Assembly: GCA_035283185.1 (NCBI GenBank)
Contig: DATEUJ010000022.1
Span: forward strand, 278 to 64,277
Source: Anaerolineae bacterium
GTDB lineage: Bacteria > Chloroflexota > Anaerolineae > Fen-1058
DNA: 64,000 nt
Direction: 5' to 3'
In this document: piece by piece, positions 16,511 to 25,365 of the stretch
How the letters are laid out: each line of letters starts with the position of its first letter
Position numbering within the stretch: position 1 is the first letter of the stretch
The notes under the pieces: generated by a model
What the model saw: only the letters and a program-made list of their open reading frames with translations
What the model was told of the DNA's origin: nothing
Databases searched by the model: none
Program-made: the position numbers and the translations under genes

Positions 16511-16775
16511 TCAGGGAAGGGAGTCTTAAAGAGGTAACTGGGATTTGATGCTCAGTGGCCGACGGCCGGGGTGTATCTGCCCAACAAACGTGGCGGAAGC
16601 ACGGGATAGCAAGTTATCCAGAGCAGCGCATCGCGCTTCCACGGCAACCGATCGGTGGTGTGTCAGCCAAGTAACAAGCCGCAGCCCATGTAACATCCGG
16701 AGTATGAAATTGTCGTCAAGTATAAATCCGAAAGAGGGAATTATACTTTTCAGGCCGGAAGTACAATTCTCTGGC

Positions 16776-17957
16776 TCAAGATTCACCCTCGCCAATCACC
16801 CTAAGAATCTCTGCCGCAATGAAAGTCCTGCCGTAGGTTGACTCATCGAGCGGCTCCAGGATGCCAGCTTCAACGAGCTTCTCAATATTGCGCTGGGCCG
16901 TGCGATAGGTCACGTCCAACAGCCGTTGGGCGCGCGGGATCGTGAGTATAGGCGAATCGAACAAACTATCGGCGAGGCTCAGCGCCAATGTCGAAACACG
17001 TGCTTGTTGCAGCTTCGCACGCCACTCAAGTTGCAGATCCTGCAAGCGCCTCGACCGGGTAACAGCATCTCGCGCCTGTTCCGCCACACCGCGCAGGAAG
17101 AACATCACCCACTCATGCCAGGCACCGCGCTCGCTTACGGCCAGCAGCAGATTATAGTAGTCGTTGCGGTGCTTCTCGAAATACGCGCTCAGATACAGGA
17201 GCGGCAGCGGGAGCAGGTCCCAGTTGACCAGCAGCAACGAAATCAGCAGTCTTCCAATGCGGCCGTTACCATCCAGAAACGGGTGGATCGCCTCGAACTG
17301 GTAATGAATCAACGCCAGACGCACCAGCGGCGGATAAACGTCTTCACGGTACAGGTATTTCTCCAGTTCATCCAGTGCTTTCTGCATCTCTGCCACAGGC
17401 GGCGGTACATACGTCGCCTCTGACAGTGTGCAACCTGCCGGCCCGATCCAGTTCTGGGAGCGGCGGAACTCGCCAGGTGTCGCCTTCTCGCCCCGAACAC
17501 CTTCCATCAGATGTTCGTGCAGTTCGCGCATCAAACGCAGGCTGACCGGCAAGGTGTTCACTCGCTCCAGGCCATATTCGAGCGCCCGCACGTAGTTCAG
17601 GACTTCGCGCACATCGGACTCCGGTGCAGCAGACTTGAGACCAGGGAGCGCCAGCTGCCCGGCTTCGTACGCATACAGATCGTTGAGATCAGCCTGCGTG
17701 CCTTCGATACGTGAAGACAGCACGGCCTCCCGGCGGATGAAAGGCCGGATGAGCAAATTGGGATTGGGCATGGCGCGACCGAGACCAGCCAATTCACCCA
17801 GCGCGCGATCGGCATCGGACAAGGTGCGCACCAGCTCGATGTCAAGCGTTAAGTCCGGCGGGAGCGGGTTCGGTATGAAGGCCCAATATTTCGCCTCGCC
17901 TTGTCCAGCCTGCATCAGCCGACCTGACGGGCTATTACGAAAGCGATCCGGATTCAC
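16776..17957 (-). CDS. Fic family protein (AMPylase-type) with N-terminal inhibitory helix
   Basis: Fic motif HPFLDGNGRIGRLL. Inhibitory-type motif SSRIEGT. C-terminal winged-helix-like tail. Confidence 0.85.
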   Translation of the reverse strand: MNPDRFRNSPSGRLMQAGQGEAKYWAFIPNPLPPDLTLDIELVRTLSDADRALGELAGLGRAMPNPNLLIRPFIRREAVLSSRIEGTQADLNDLYAYEAGQLALPGLKSAAPESDVREVLNYVRALEYGLERVNTLPVSLRLMRELHEHLMEGVRGEKATPGEFRRSQNWIGPAGCTLSEATYVPPPVAEMQKALDELEKYLYREDVYPPLVRLALIHYQFEAIHPFLDGNGRIGRLLISLLLVNWDLLPLPLLYLSAYFEKHRNDYYNLLLAVSERGAWHEWVMFFLRGVAEQARDAVTRSRRLQDLQLEWRAKLQQARVSTLALSLADSLFDSPILTIPRAQRLLDVTYRTAQRNIEKLVEAGILEPLDESTYGRTFIAAEILRVIGEGES

Positions 17958-18011
17958 GCAAGAGACTCCTCAAAATCGGTCACGCCGGGGATGGTATGGC
18001 TCTGAGCCGTT

Positions 18012-18938
18012 TCACAGTTGCCTGAGCGCCCGCAAGGTATCCTCTGCGTCCATGTAATCTATGCGATCCGTGTCGCGCAAGAACCGGAAGAAGCGCTTGA
18101 AAGCGGTGATCGCCTGCCGCCGAACAGCCTTCGCTTTAGAACCCTGTCCAGACAAGCTGGATAGATAAGCCTCCACCTCATCCAGCCGAATCTCGCGCAG
18201 CGAATGCGGTTCTGGTTGATTCGCCAGGTAGTCCGTGGCAAAGGCCGTCACGCTGGCGACATCCCGATCGACTACTTGGGGGCTAAGGCCGGATTGATAG
18301 AGATGCTTGCGAAATGCGTCTAGCACTTTGGCGTCCGTCGTCTGTACGGCCGCTAAACGATCCTCACGACGGGCCGGTTGCGCGGGCGGCAGCAGCGAAG
18401 TGATGATGTCTCCTCGTTCCTTGGCATCCTCGTAAGTGTGCTTCAGATTTCCACGAATCCCGCCGCCGAAGGTGATGGGGTACGGAGCCATCAAGCTATC
18501 GTAAATGATCTGGTCTTCGAACGGCAGCAGCACGGTCTTCACCAGAACCGGCAGGTACGGGCCGACGACCTCGGCAATCGGACTGTAAAGTCCCACCACC
18601 TCAAAGACTCCGGGTGGGTCTTTGTCATCGATGAAGATCGAGTGTTTCTTGAGATGCCGGAAGACGAAAAACGTTCCCTGGCGCCGATATTTCCAGCTAT
18701 CCGCCAAGGCCAAATCGTCCGGCGGCAACCTCGCCGGGTTTTGGGCAATGAAAGCCTCTCGCAAGGAGTCGTCTGCCCAGATCGCATCACGAATCTTGAC
18801 CACTTCCTGTACGGGCAACGGCGTTGTTTCGTCAGCGCCCAGCAGGCTGGGGACGATGTTGCGCTGCTCGTTGGCAAAGAAGAGCAGCGGCCGCCAGATG
18901 GAATAGAACCGGTCGACTTGGTGAACGGGAAGTTGCAT
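18012..18938 (-). CDS. Hypothetical protein; C-terminal approx 90 aa resemble a phage-integrase N-terminal (SAM-like, core-binding) domain
   Basis: ATG at 18938 has GGAGGT 8 nt upstream. C-terminus ...LSPQVVDRDVASVTAFATDYL...IRLDEVEAYLSSL...AVRRQAITAFKRFFRFL. No catalytic integrase domain. Confidence 0.55.
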   Translation of the reverse strand: MQLPVHQVDRFYSIWRPLLFFANEQRNIVPSLLGADETTPLPVQEVVKIRDAIWADDSLREAFIAQNPARLPPDDLALADSWKYRRQGTFFVFRHLKKHSIFIDDKDPPGVFEVVGLYSPIAEVVGPYLPVLVKTVLLPFEDQIIYDSLMAPYPITFGGGIRGNLKHTYEDAKERGDIITSLLPPAQPARREDRLAAVQTTDAKVLDAFRKHLYQSGLSPQVVDRDVASVTAFATDYLANQPEPHSLREIRLDEVEAYLSSLSGQGSKAKAVRRQAITAFKRFFRFLRDTDRIDYMDAEDTLRALRQL

Positions 18939-19158
18939 GCCTGATACCTCCGCCGCAGACTGTAACCACCGGGTGATACACCGTTGGTTCGTTTCGGAAA
19001 TGTCGGCTAGGCCTGTTTTCCGCACTTTGTCAGAGGGCTGCGGCCGAGATGCGAAATCTTGGCTCAGTTGCTGATGATTCTTCACATCCAAAGTGCGGTT
19101 GTTCCAGTATAACACGAATTACAGCACGTTGAGTGTCATTGTCCTGATGAACCATAAC

Positions 19159-19192
19159 AAAGGCGGCCCCCTCGCCGGAGGGCCGCCTTTTT
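19159..19192. terminator. Strong GC stem-loop flanked by A-run and T-run (bidirectional terminator candidate, downstream of tRNA-Val)
   Basis: aaaggcggccccctc gccg gagggccgccttttt. Confidence 0.6.
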
Positions 19193-19225
19193 GCGATCGG
19201 CTAGCGTGCGTTCTGAAATGAAGAG

Positions 19226-19299
19226 TGGGCGGTAGAGGACTTGAACCTCTGGCCTTTGCGATGTCAACGCAACGCTCTAACCAACTGAGCTAACCGCCC
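19226..19299 (-). tRNA. tRNA-Val (anticodon GAC)
   Basis: The reverse complement GGGCGGTTAGCTCAGTTGGTTAGAGCGTTGCGTTGACATCGCAAAGGCCAGAGGTTCAAGTCCTCTACCGCCCA folds as a cloverleaf. Acceptor GGGCGGT/ACCGCCC, D stem GCTC/GAGC, anticodon stem TTGCG/CGCAA with loop TTGACAT, T stem AGAGG/CCTCT. CCA is not encoded. Confidence 0.95.
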
Positions 19300-19370
19300 A
19301 ACCAACCGCGATTATACTTGCAAGCACACAGATTTGCAAGACTCGGTCGATCCAGGTTTGGGCCACAGCC

Positions 19371-19402
19371 AAGACTTCGGAAGTCTTGAGACTTCCGAAG
19401 TC
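19371..19402. repeat. Nested palindrome downstream of the protease gene
   Basis: agacttcggaagtct tga gacttccgaagtct. Confidence 0.6.
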
Positions 19403-19425
19403 TGAAAATCGGATCTGGTGAGAGT

Positions 19426-20571
19426 TCAGGCGACCAATTCCTCGACGATGGATTTGCGGGACTGCAGCAACTGCGGGCTGACGCTCAGAAGGCGGAAGAC
19501 CTCGTCGATGTCGCGCAGCGTCAGCAGGCCCTGGAATCGGCCCTTCTCCATCACCGGCAGCGCTTCGATATGATGCTCGGCCATCCTCTGCTGCGCCACG
19601 TATAGGCTGTCGTCGAGCGTGACGGTGGGAAACTCCTTCCGCATCACGCTGACGACGAAGGCGTTCGAGCCGCGATCCTGCAGCGCGGAAATCAGGTCAG
19701 TCCTCGTCAGCAACCCGACCAGCTCCTCGCCCCGGCACACCGGAAAATCGGATTGGAACGAACTCAGCGTCAAATCGACGGCGCGCGCCAGCCGATCGTC
19801 CGGGTCCAGCGCCTCGGTCTTGCGCGTGAATGCCTGGCGCACCTTCAGGCCGTCCAGCACGCTCTTCACCTGCACCATCTGCGCTTCCGAGCCGGCCCCC
19901 AGGAACACGAAGATGGCGATCACCACCAGGTTCAACTGGCCGGTCAGGAAACCGACAAACCCGGCCAACAGCGCCAGGCTTTGGCCGATGCCCACCGCGA
20001 TCGCCGTCGCCCGCGGGTAATTGATGCGCGTCGCTAGCAGCGCCCGCAGGATACGCCCCCCATCCATCGGGAACGCCGGAATCAGATTGAAGACGGCCAG
20101 GATGAGATTGGTGCTGAACAGGTAGGCGAGCAGGCTGGCCGGGTCCAGTTGCAGCATCCCGCGCTCGAGCGCGCTCAGGTCGAAGCCGACCTGAAGACGT
20201 GCCAGGGCCTGCGCCAGAACGAAGATCACGGCGACGATCGCCACGTTCACCGCCGGCCCGGCGATCGCAATCCAGAATTCCTGCGCCGGCTTGTCCGGGA
20301 TGCGCTCCAGCCGCGCCACACCGCCGAATGGCCAGAGCGTGATGTCGCGCACCGTGATGCCGTAGCGCTGCGCGACGACGCTGTGGCCCAGCTCGTGCAG
20401 GACCACGCAGGCGAAGAGCAGCAGCGTGGCGGCGATGCCGAAGAGCGCGCCGTTCATCCCGCGCTCATCCGACCCAAACACAATTGCCGCGTAGATCAGG
20501 ATGAGGAAGAACGTCACGTGAACCTTGATGTCGATGCCGCGCACGGTCGCGATTTTGAATGATCCGCCCAT
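19426..20571 (-). CDS. Site-2 protease family (M50) metalloprotease with C-terminal CBS pair
   Basis: HExxH in VVLHELGHSVVAQRYG. Multiple TM segments. CBS-like C-terminus. Confidence 0.85.
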   Translation of the reverse strand: MGGSFKIATVRGIDIKVHVTFFLILIYAAIVFGSDERGMNGALFGIAATLLLFACVVLHELGHSVVAQRYGITVRDITLWPFGGVARLERIPDKPAQEFWIAIAGPAVNVAIVAVIFVLAQALARLQVGFDLSALERGMLQLDPASLLAYLFSTNLILAVFNLIPAFPMDGGRILRALLATRINYPRATAIAVGIGQSLALLAGFVGFLTGQLNLVVIAIFVFLGAGSEAQMVQVKSVLDGLKVRQAFTRKTEALDPDDRLARAVDLTLSSFQSDFPVCRGEELVGLLTRTDLISALQDRGSNAFVVSVMRKEFPTVTLDDSLYVAQQRMAEHHIEALPVMEKGRFQGLLTLRDIDEVFRLLSVSPQLLQSRKSIVEELVA

Positions 20572-20639
20572 GTGTTCCCCCGTTTGTGCTCTGACCCTTG
20601 CACAGGTCTATTTATACTGAGCGCACTCGAAAATACCGA

Positions 20640-20694
20640 GTAGGGCGGCTTTCCATAGCCGCCATTTCAGAGGCAGGTAAGAAACCTGCCCTAC
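20640..20694. repeat. REP family 2 doublet (GTAGGGCGG-type)
   Basis: gtagggcggctttccatagccgcc atttcaga ggcaggtaagaaacctgccctac. Related copy at 43287-43341. Confidence 0.7.
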
Positions 20695-20784
20695 GGTGTG
20701 CGAGAGGGTTGACAGCAATTATATCCTCTTGTGCGCTACCACCGCAACTTGCGAATGGAGGTCTGACCGGCTACAATCCGAGCG

Positions 20785-21771
20785 ATGAGCGACGCTTCGC
20801 ATCCCACCTGGCCGGTCGTCGGCCACGTATGGGCCGTAGCGCAGCTCGCGCGCGCGATCGACGAGGACCGCCTGAGCCACGCCTACCTGATCACCGGCCC
20901 GGCGCAGATCGGCAAGGCGACGCTGGCGCGAGCGATGGCCATGGCGATCAACTGTGTAGGCGAGACACGCCCGTGCGGCGTGTGCCGCCCCTGCGTCCGC
21001 ATCGCGACGAACACGCACGCCGACGTGCGCGTCGTCGCGCCGGAAGGCGAGCGGCTGAAGATCGATCAGATCCGCGAGCTGCAGCGCGAGCTGTCGCTCT
21101 CGCCGGTCGAAGCGCGCAAGCGGGTCGCCATCCTCGACGATTTCGATCGGGCGACGATCGAGGCGATGAACGCGCTGCTCAAGACGCTCGAAGAGCCGGC
21201 GTCTAGCGTTGTGCTCGTCGTGATCGCGCCGGAAGCCGAGCTGCTGCTGCCGACGATCGTCTCGCGCTGCCAGGTCGTCGCGCTGCGGCCGCTGACGATC
21301 GCGCAGGTGCGCGACGCGCTGGTGAGCCGGTGGGGCGTCGACGCCGGGCGCGCCGATCTGCTGGCGCACCTTTCCGGCGGGCGGATAGGCTGGGCGGTCA
21401 CTGCCGCGAAGGACAAATCAGTCCTGGAGCGGCGCGCGGCGCGCCTGGACCATCTGCAGCGCCTGTTCGGCGCCTCGCGCGTCGAGCGCTTCGCCTACGC
21501 CGAGTCGCTGGCGCGCAGCGCGGACACGCGTGAAGCGATCGAAGTCTGGCGCACGTGGTGGCGCGACGTGATGCTGGCGTCCGCGAATAGCGGCGCCGAG
21601 CTGACGAACATAGACAGGCGTGACGAGATCGAACGCGTCGCCGCGCGCCTGGATGTGCAGCAGGCGCGCTCGGCGGCCGAGGCGTGCAGCCGCGCGCTGT
21701 GGCAGCTCGACAAGAATGCTACACCGCGCCTGGTCGTCGAGGTGATGCTGATGGGTTTGCCTGAAGCATAG
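20785..21771 (+). CDS. holB: DNA polymerase III delta' subunit
   Basis: WPVVGHVWAVAQLARAI...SHAYLITGPAQIGKATLARAMAMAINC...CGVCRPCVRI...ILDDFDRATIEAMNALLKTLEEP. Confidence 0.85.
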   Translation: MSDASHPTWPVVGHVWAVAQLARAIDEDRLSHAYLITGPAQIGKATLARAMAMAINCVGETRPCGVCRPCVRIATNTHADVRVVAPEGERLKIDQIRELQRELSLSPVEARKRVAILDDFDRATIEAMNALLKTLEEPASSVVLVVIAPEAELLLPTIVSRCQVVALRPLTIAQVRDALVSRWGVDAGRADLLAHLSGGRIGWAVTAAKDKSVLERRAARLDHLQRLFGASRVERFAYAESLARSADTREAIEVWRTWWRDVMLASANSGAELTNIDRRDEIERVAARLDVQQARSAAEACSRALWQLDKNATPRLVVEVMLMGLPEA

Positions 21772-21783
21772 GGCACTGGGAGG

Positions 21784-21820
21784 GTTTCGTGTTTCGTGTT
21801 GCGTGTTGCGTGGTGCGTGA
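21784..21820. repeat. Heptamer-repeat arm (left) flanking the four-helix-bundle gene
   Basis: gtttcgtgtttcgtgttgcgtgttgcgtggtgcgtga. The reverse complement of 22301-22336 matches it (cgtgtt.cgtggtgcgtg shared). Confidence 0.75.
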
Positions 21821-21832
21821 GAGGAGGGCGCG

Positions 21833-22300
21833 ATGACTTTCGAGGAATGGCTGGCTTCTGTGCCGGCGGAGATCACTGACGACCCGCTCTGGCGGATGGA
21901 GGTCTACCGGCTCGCGCTATTCGCCAGCGATCTTGCATGGCACGATGTATCGCGGCTGGCTCAGGACAAGCGCACTATCAGCCTGGCCGACCAACTGTAC
22001 GAAGCCGTCGGTTCCATAAGCGCCAATATTGCGGAGGGTTACAGTCGCAGTTCTGGCAAAGATGAGGCCAGGTTTTACGAGTATTCGCTAGGTTCAGCTC
22101 GCGAGGCGCGAACCTGGTACTATCAGGGCCGCCACGTGCTGGGCGCCGCCGTCGCTCTGCATCGCATCAGGTTGCTCACGCAGATCGTCCGGCTGCTGCT
22201 CACGATTATACCCGTCGAACGCCGTCGTAAGCTGGCAGAAGAGCAGGCCGCCTACGACATAAATATCGCCGATCTCCTCGACAATCCTCCCATGCCATAA
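21833..22300 (+). CDS. Four-helix-bundle protein (23S rRNA intervening-sequence protein family)
   Basis: LADQLYEAVGSISANIAEGYSRSSGKDEARFYEYSLGSAREARTWYYQ. GAGGAGGG RBS. Confidence 0.85.
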   Translation: MTFEEWLASVPAEITDDPLWRMEVYRLALFASDLAWHDVSRLAQDKRTISLADQLYEAVGSISANIAEGYSRSSGKDEARFYEYSLGSAREARTWYYQGRHVLGAAVALHRIRLLTQIVRLLLTIIPVERRRKLAEEQAAYDINIADLLDNPPMP

Positions 22301-22336
22301 TCACACGCACCACGTAACACGTAACACGCAACAAGC
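22301..22336. repeat. Heptamer-repeat arm (right), inverted relative to 21784-21820
   Basis: tcacacgcaccacgtaacacgtaacacgcaacaagc. Confidence 0.75.
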
Positions 22337-22344
22337 AGTACGCG

Positions 22345-24105
22345 TCAGTGCGCCCCCACTATCACCTCCATGGCAGCCTCCGGATCGAGCGCGACGATAT
22401 TCCCTCCACGAAAGTCGAATAACAAGCGCCCGTCCGGCGTGAACGCCGCCCACGGACTGCCTTGCAGGCCGATCGCGCTGCCCCCGTCAAACACGCGCCG
22501 CGCCGCGCCGCTAGCCGGATCGATCGACAGCACATCGCCGTCTTGCGCGATGGCATACACTCGATCGCCATTTGTCAGCAGGCGCGGCATCGTCGTCCCC
22601 AGACCGGCGATGGCCCAGTCCCAGCGCAGCGATCCGTCGGCGTCGAGCGCGATCAAGCGCCGCGCGAATTCTCCTCGGTGCGAGACGACGACACCGCCAT
22701 CCGGCAGCGCGGCGATGGTGCCCGTCTCGAAGACGCTCGGATCGAGCGGCTTCAGAAGCCTGGCCGTCAACGTTCCCGGATCGATCTGGTAGATGCCGTT
22801 CGGATTGTAGATGAACATGCGATCGCCGGAGACGACAGGACGGCCGCCGATAGGCGCGCCTACCAAGAGGCGGCCCGACCGATCCAGCGCGTAAAGGGTG
22901 GGCTGCTGAGCAGCGGTCGTGACGATCAGTCGATCGCCGTCCAGCGTCCAGTCGAACGGCGGGGCCACGTTTTGGATCAGCCACAGGCGTTTGGCGTCCG
23001 TCCCGATACCGAGCAGGCGATTTTCGTTATGCACCACGACACCGCCGCCCGGCAGAGGCATCAACACCGGTCGAGCGCTGCTGGCGAATTGCGCCCGCCA
23101 GACCGCTTCGCCGCGCGTGTCGACAGCCTCGACGGCGCCGCCTTGACGCGAAAGATAAATCGTCGAGCCGTTCGCGTCGACGGCGGACGATATGAGCGTT
23201 CCCGAAACCGGATGGCTCCAGCGTAGGCTGCCGTCATTTAGATCGACGCCGATGAGGCGCTGGCCATCGAGCGCGGCGAGCGCGCCGTCGCTCAGCAGGC
23301 CGATGCCGGTCGCGGTGAAGGGGCGCGTCCACTGCACGCCGGGCGCTGTGGCGATGCGATACGTCCAGATATATTCCGACGGCGGCTGCCATCCGGCCAG
23401 GCGCGGATCGACCGGCCAGTAGCCCGGCCCGGGATCGTCGGGTGTGTGGTTGCGGATCTCGAAATGCAGATGCGGTGAGCCGCGCGGCTTGCCGATCGCG
23501 CCGACTTTGTCGCCGCGCGCGACGCAATCGCCCGCGCTCAGCACGACGCTGTCCGGATCGAGATGGCCGTAGAACGAGAGAATCGTGCTGCCATCGGGGA
23601 AGACGTGGCGCACGATCACGACGCCGCGATCGACGCCCCATCCCAGCGGCTGCGCGTACGTCACCGTTCCGTGACCGACGCTGTACACCGGTTGCCCCAG
23701 GCTCTGGCCGCTGTTGCGCGCCCAATCTTCGCCAGCGTGAATCCCGTTATAGCGGCCACTGTTCCGGCCAAAGCTCCAGCGCGCGACGAAGCCCCGCCCG
23801 TCCGGCGGGCCGACGGGAAAATCGAGGACGTCGACGACGCCGCACGGCGCGCCGCGCTGAGGGATGGGCGTGGTCAGCCGAATGTCGCGCAGGTCGTCCA
23901 GGATAGTCAGGGGCAAAGCCGTCGGCGTAGGTGTCGAGGTGGGCGTCGGCGTGGATGTTGGAGTCGCCGTCGGCCCGGGTGTGGCGGTCGAAGTGGGCGC
24001 CGGTTGAGGCGTTGGGCGCGCGCACGCCGACACAATAATCATCATTGCGATGACCGCAAACTGTTTGAGCCGGACCGAGCGATTCATGTCACACGGATTT
24101 CCCAC
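22345..24105 (-). CDS. Secreted M23 peptidase fused to a beta-propeller (PQQ-like repeat) domain
   Basis: Signal/TM segment FAVIAMMIIVSAC, Pro/Thr linker, M23 motifs GIHAGEDW and SPHLHFEIR. The C-terminal 330 aa have repeated ...DG.L.. propeller-like segments. Confidence 0.75.
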   Translation of the reverse strand: MGNPCDMNRSVRLKQFAVIAMMIIVSACARPTPQPAPTSTATPGPTATPTSTPTPTSTPTPTALPLTILDDLRDIRLTTPIPQRGAPCGVVDVLDFPVGPPDGRGFVARWSFGRNSGRYNGIHAGEDWARNSGQSLGQPVYSVGHGTVTYAQPLGWGVDRGVVIVRHVFPDGSTILSFYGHLDPDSVVLSAGDCVARGDKVGAIGKPRGSPHLHFEIRNHTPDDPGPGYWPVDPRLAGWQPPSEYIWTYRIATAPGVQWTRPFTATGIGLLSDGALAALDGQRLIGVDLNDGSLRWSHPVSGTLISSAVDANGSTIYLSRQGGAVEAVDTRGEAVWRAQFASSARPVLMPLPGGGVVVHNENRLLGIGTDAKRLWLIQNVAPPFDWTLDGDRLIVTTAAQQPTLYALDRSGRLLVGAPIGGRPVVSGDRMFIYNPNGIYQIDPGTLTARLLKPLDPSVFETGTIAALPDGGVVVSHRGEFARRLIALDADGSLRWDWAIAGLGTTMPRLLTNGDRVYAIAQDGDVLSIDPASGAARRVFDGGSAIGLQGSPWAAFTPDGRLLFDFRGGNIVALDPEAAMEVIVGAH

Positions 24106-24385
24106 CCCCGCACACAGCAGGCGAGGGCAGGCGGATTACACGGATGGGCAAGTATTCCGGCACGGTCAAGGTGCCAAATGAACTCGCAATCGCCCAGGTC
24201 GATAGCGGGATGCTTGCCAATTTCGGAGCCAAAAAACGTCCCCAGGAAAATCGGTGTGTCGATATTACGTATGAACGCCAGTTTAGGTTCAATACGGTGA
24301 CGCCTGGCAGACGCGCACGGTGACATTTGCCACTACGGGCGGCGCGTCCGGGCAGATAGGATGATGTGCACATGCGTCTCGCCTG

Positions 24386-24391
24386 TATAAT
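24386..24391 (+). promoter_or_regulatory. Candidate -10 box (TATAAT) for the VIT1-family gene
   Basis: cctgTATAATgggctgtGGAGAGctcctATG. Perfect hexamer 18 nt before the start codon. No convincing -35 found. Confidence 0.3.
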
Positions 24392-24409
24392 GGGCTGTGG
24401 AGAGCTCCT

Positions 24410-25174
24410 ATGATTAATGAACCCAGAGTCGAAACTCTGCCGACCCGGCTCGGCCAGGCCGTGCGCCACGTCGAGCCGCATGCCAAGCTGTCGTTGTCGG
24501 ACATTATTTTAGGCGGACAGGACGGATTGGTCAACGTGCTGGGCGTCGTGCTGGGCGTCGCGGCCGCGTCGAGTGACCCGCGCATCGTCGTCGCGGGCGG
24601 GCTGGCGGCCACGTTCGCCGAATCGATCTCGATGGGCGCCGTCGCCTACACCAGCACGCTCGCCGACCGCGATTTCTACCTGAGCGAGATCGAGCGCGAG
24701 AAGCGCGAGATCCGCGACATGCCCGACCTCGAGCGCAAAGAGATCGAAGACATCTTCGCGGGCTGGGGCTTCGAAGGCGGCCTGCTCGACCAGGCTGTCG
24801 AGCAAGTGATGAAGGACGAGCAGGCCTGGGTCGACGTGATGATGCACAACGAGCTGAAGCTGTCGCCCGTCGATTCGGCCAGCGCGCTGCGCAGCGCGCT
24901 CGTCGTGGGAATCGCCGCGATCGTCGGCTCTTTGATTCCCCTGTCGCCGTTCTTCTTCACGCTACCGCCGCTGTCCACGCTGTCGATCCCGGCCAGCATC
25001 GTCATCGCGATCGTCTTGGCCGCTGTGGCGCTATTCGCGGTTGGTGCATTCAAGGCCAAAACGACAGTCGGGCATCCGGGCAAGAGCGGCTTGCAGATGG
25101 CCGTGATCGGCACGGTGTCGGCGCTGGCCGGATACTTCGTCGGCGCGCTGTTCAGCGCCCCGCCGGCGCCGTAA
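24410..25174 (+). CDS. VIT1/CCC1-family iron/manganese transporter
   Basis: LSDIILGGQDGLVNVLGVVLGVAAAS... with C-terminal TM helices. Confidence 0.8.
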   Translation: MINEPRVETLPTRLGQAVRHVEPHAKLSLSDIILGGQDGLVNVLGVVLGVAAASSDPRIVVAGGLAATFAESISMGAVAYTSTLADRDFYLSEIEREKREIRDMPDLERKEIEDIFAGWGFEGGLLDQAVEQVMKDEQAWVDVMMHNELKLSPVDSASALRSALVVGIAAIVGSLIPLSPFFFTLPPLSTLSIPASIVIAIVLAAVALFAVGAFKAKTTVGHPGKSGLQMAVIGTVSALAGYFVGALFSAPPAP

Positions 25175-25250
25175 GAATGAGGAGTACGATATAATCGGCC
25201 TGTACCGCACAAGGCGCAGTGAATACTCTGCTGGAGTTTGGCAAATTGCC

Positions 25251-25308
25251 GGAGTGCAGCCTTCAGGCTGCCGTATGTTGGGCCTCCGCAGGCTGAAGCC
25301 TGCACTCC
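25251..25308. repeat. Palindromic doublet (third type, no GTAG head)
   Basis: ggagtgcagccttcaggctgcc gtatgttgggcct ccgcaggctgaagcctgcactcc. Each arm is itself a small hairpin. Confidence 0.6.
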
Positions 25309-25365
25309 AACCGCCTGAAATAGCCATTGCCAAAGTCCAGTACTTTGTCGAAGCGAGGTGGAACG

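Noticed and set aside
16217-16775. Known housekeeping RNA (RNase P RNA, tmRNA, SRP RNA, 6S) in the gene-free stretch
   Set aside because: None of the conserved signature strings that I know for these RNAs (for example GAGGAAAGTCCGGGC for RNase P, or a tRNA-like acceptor for tmRNA) is present on either strand. A novel small RNA cannot be excluded.
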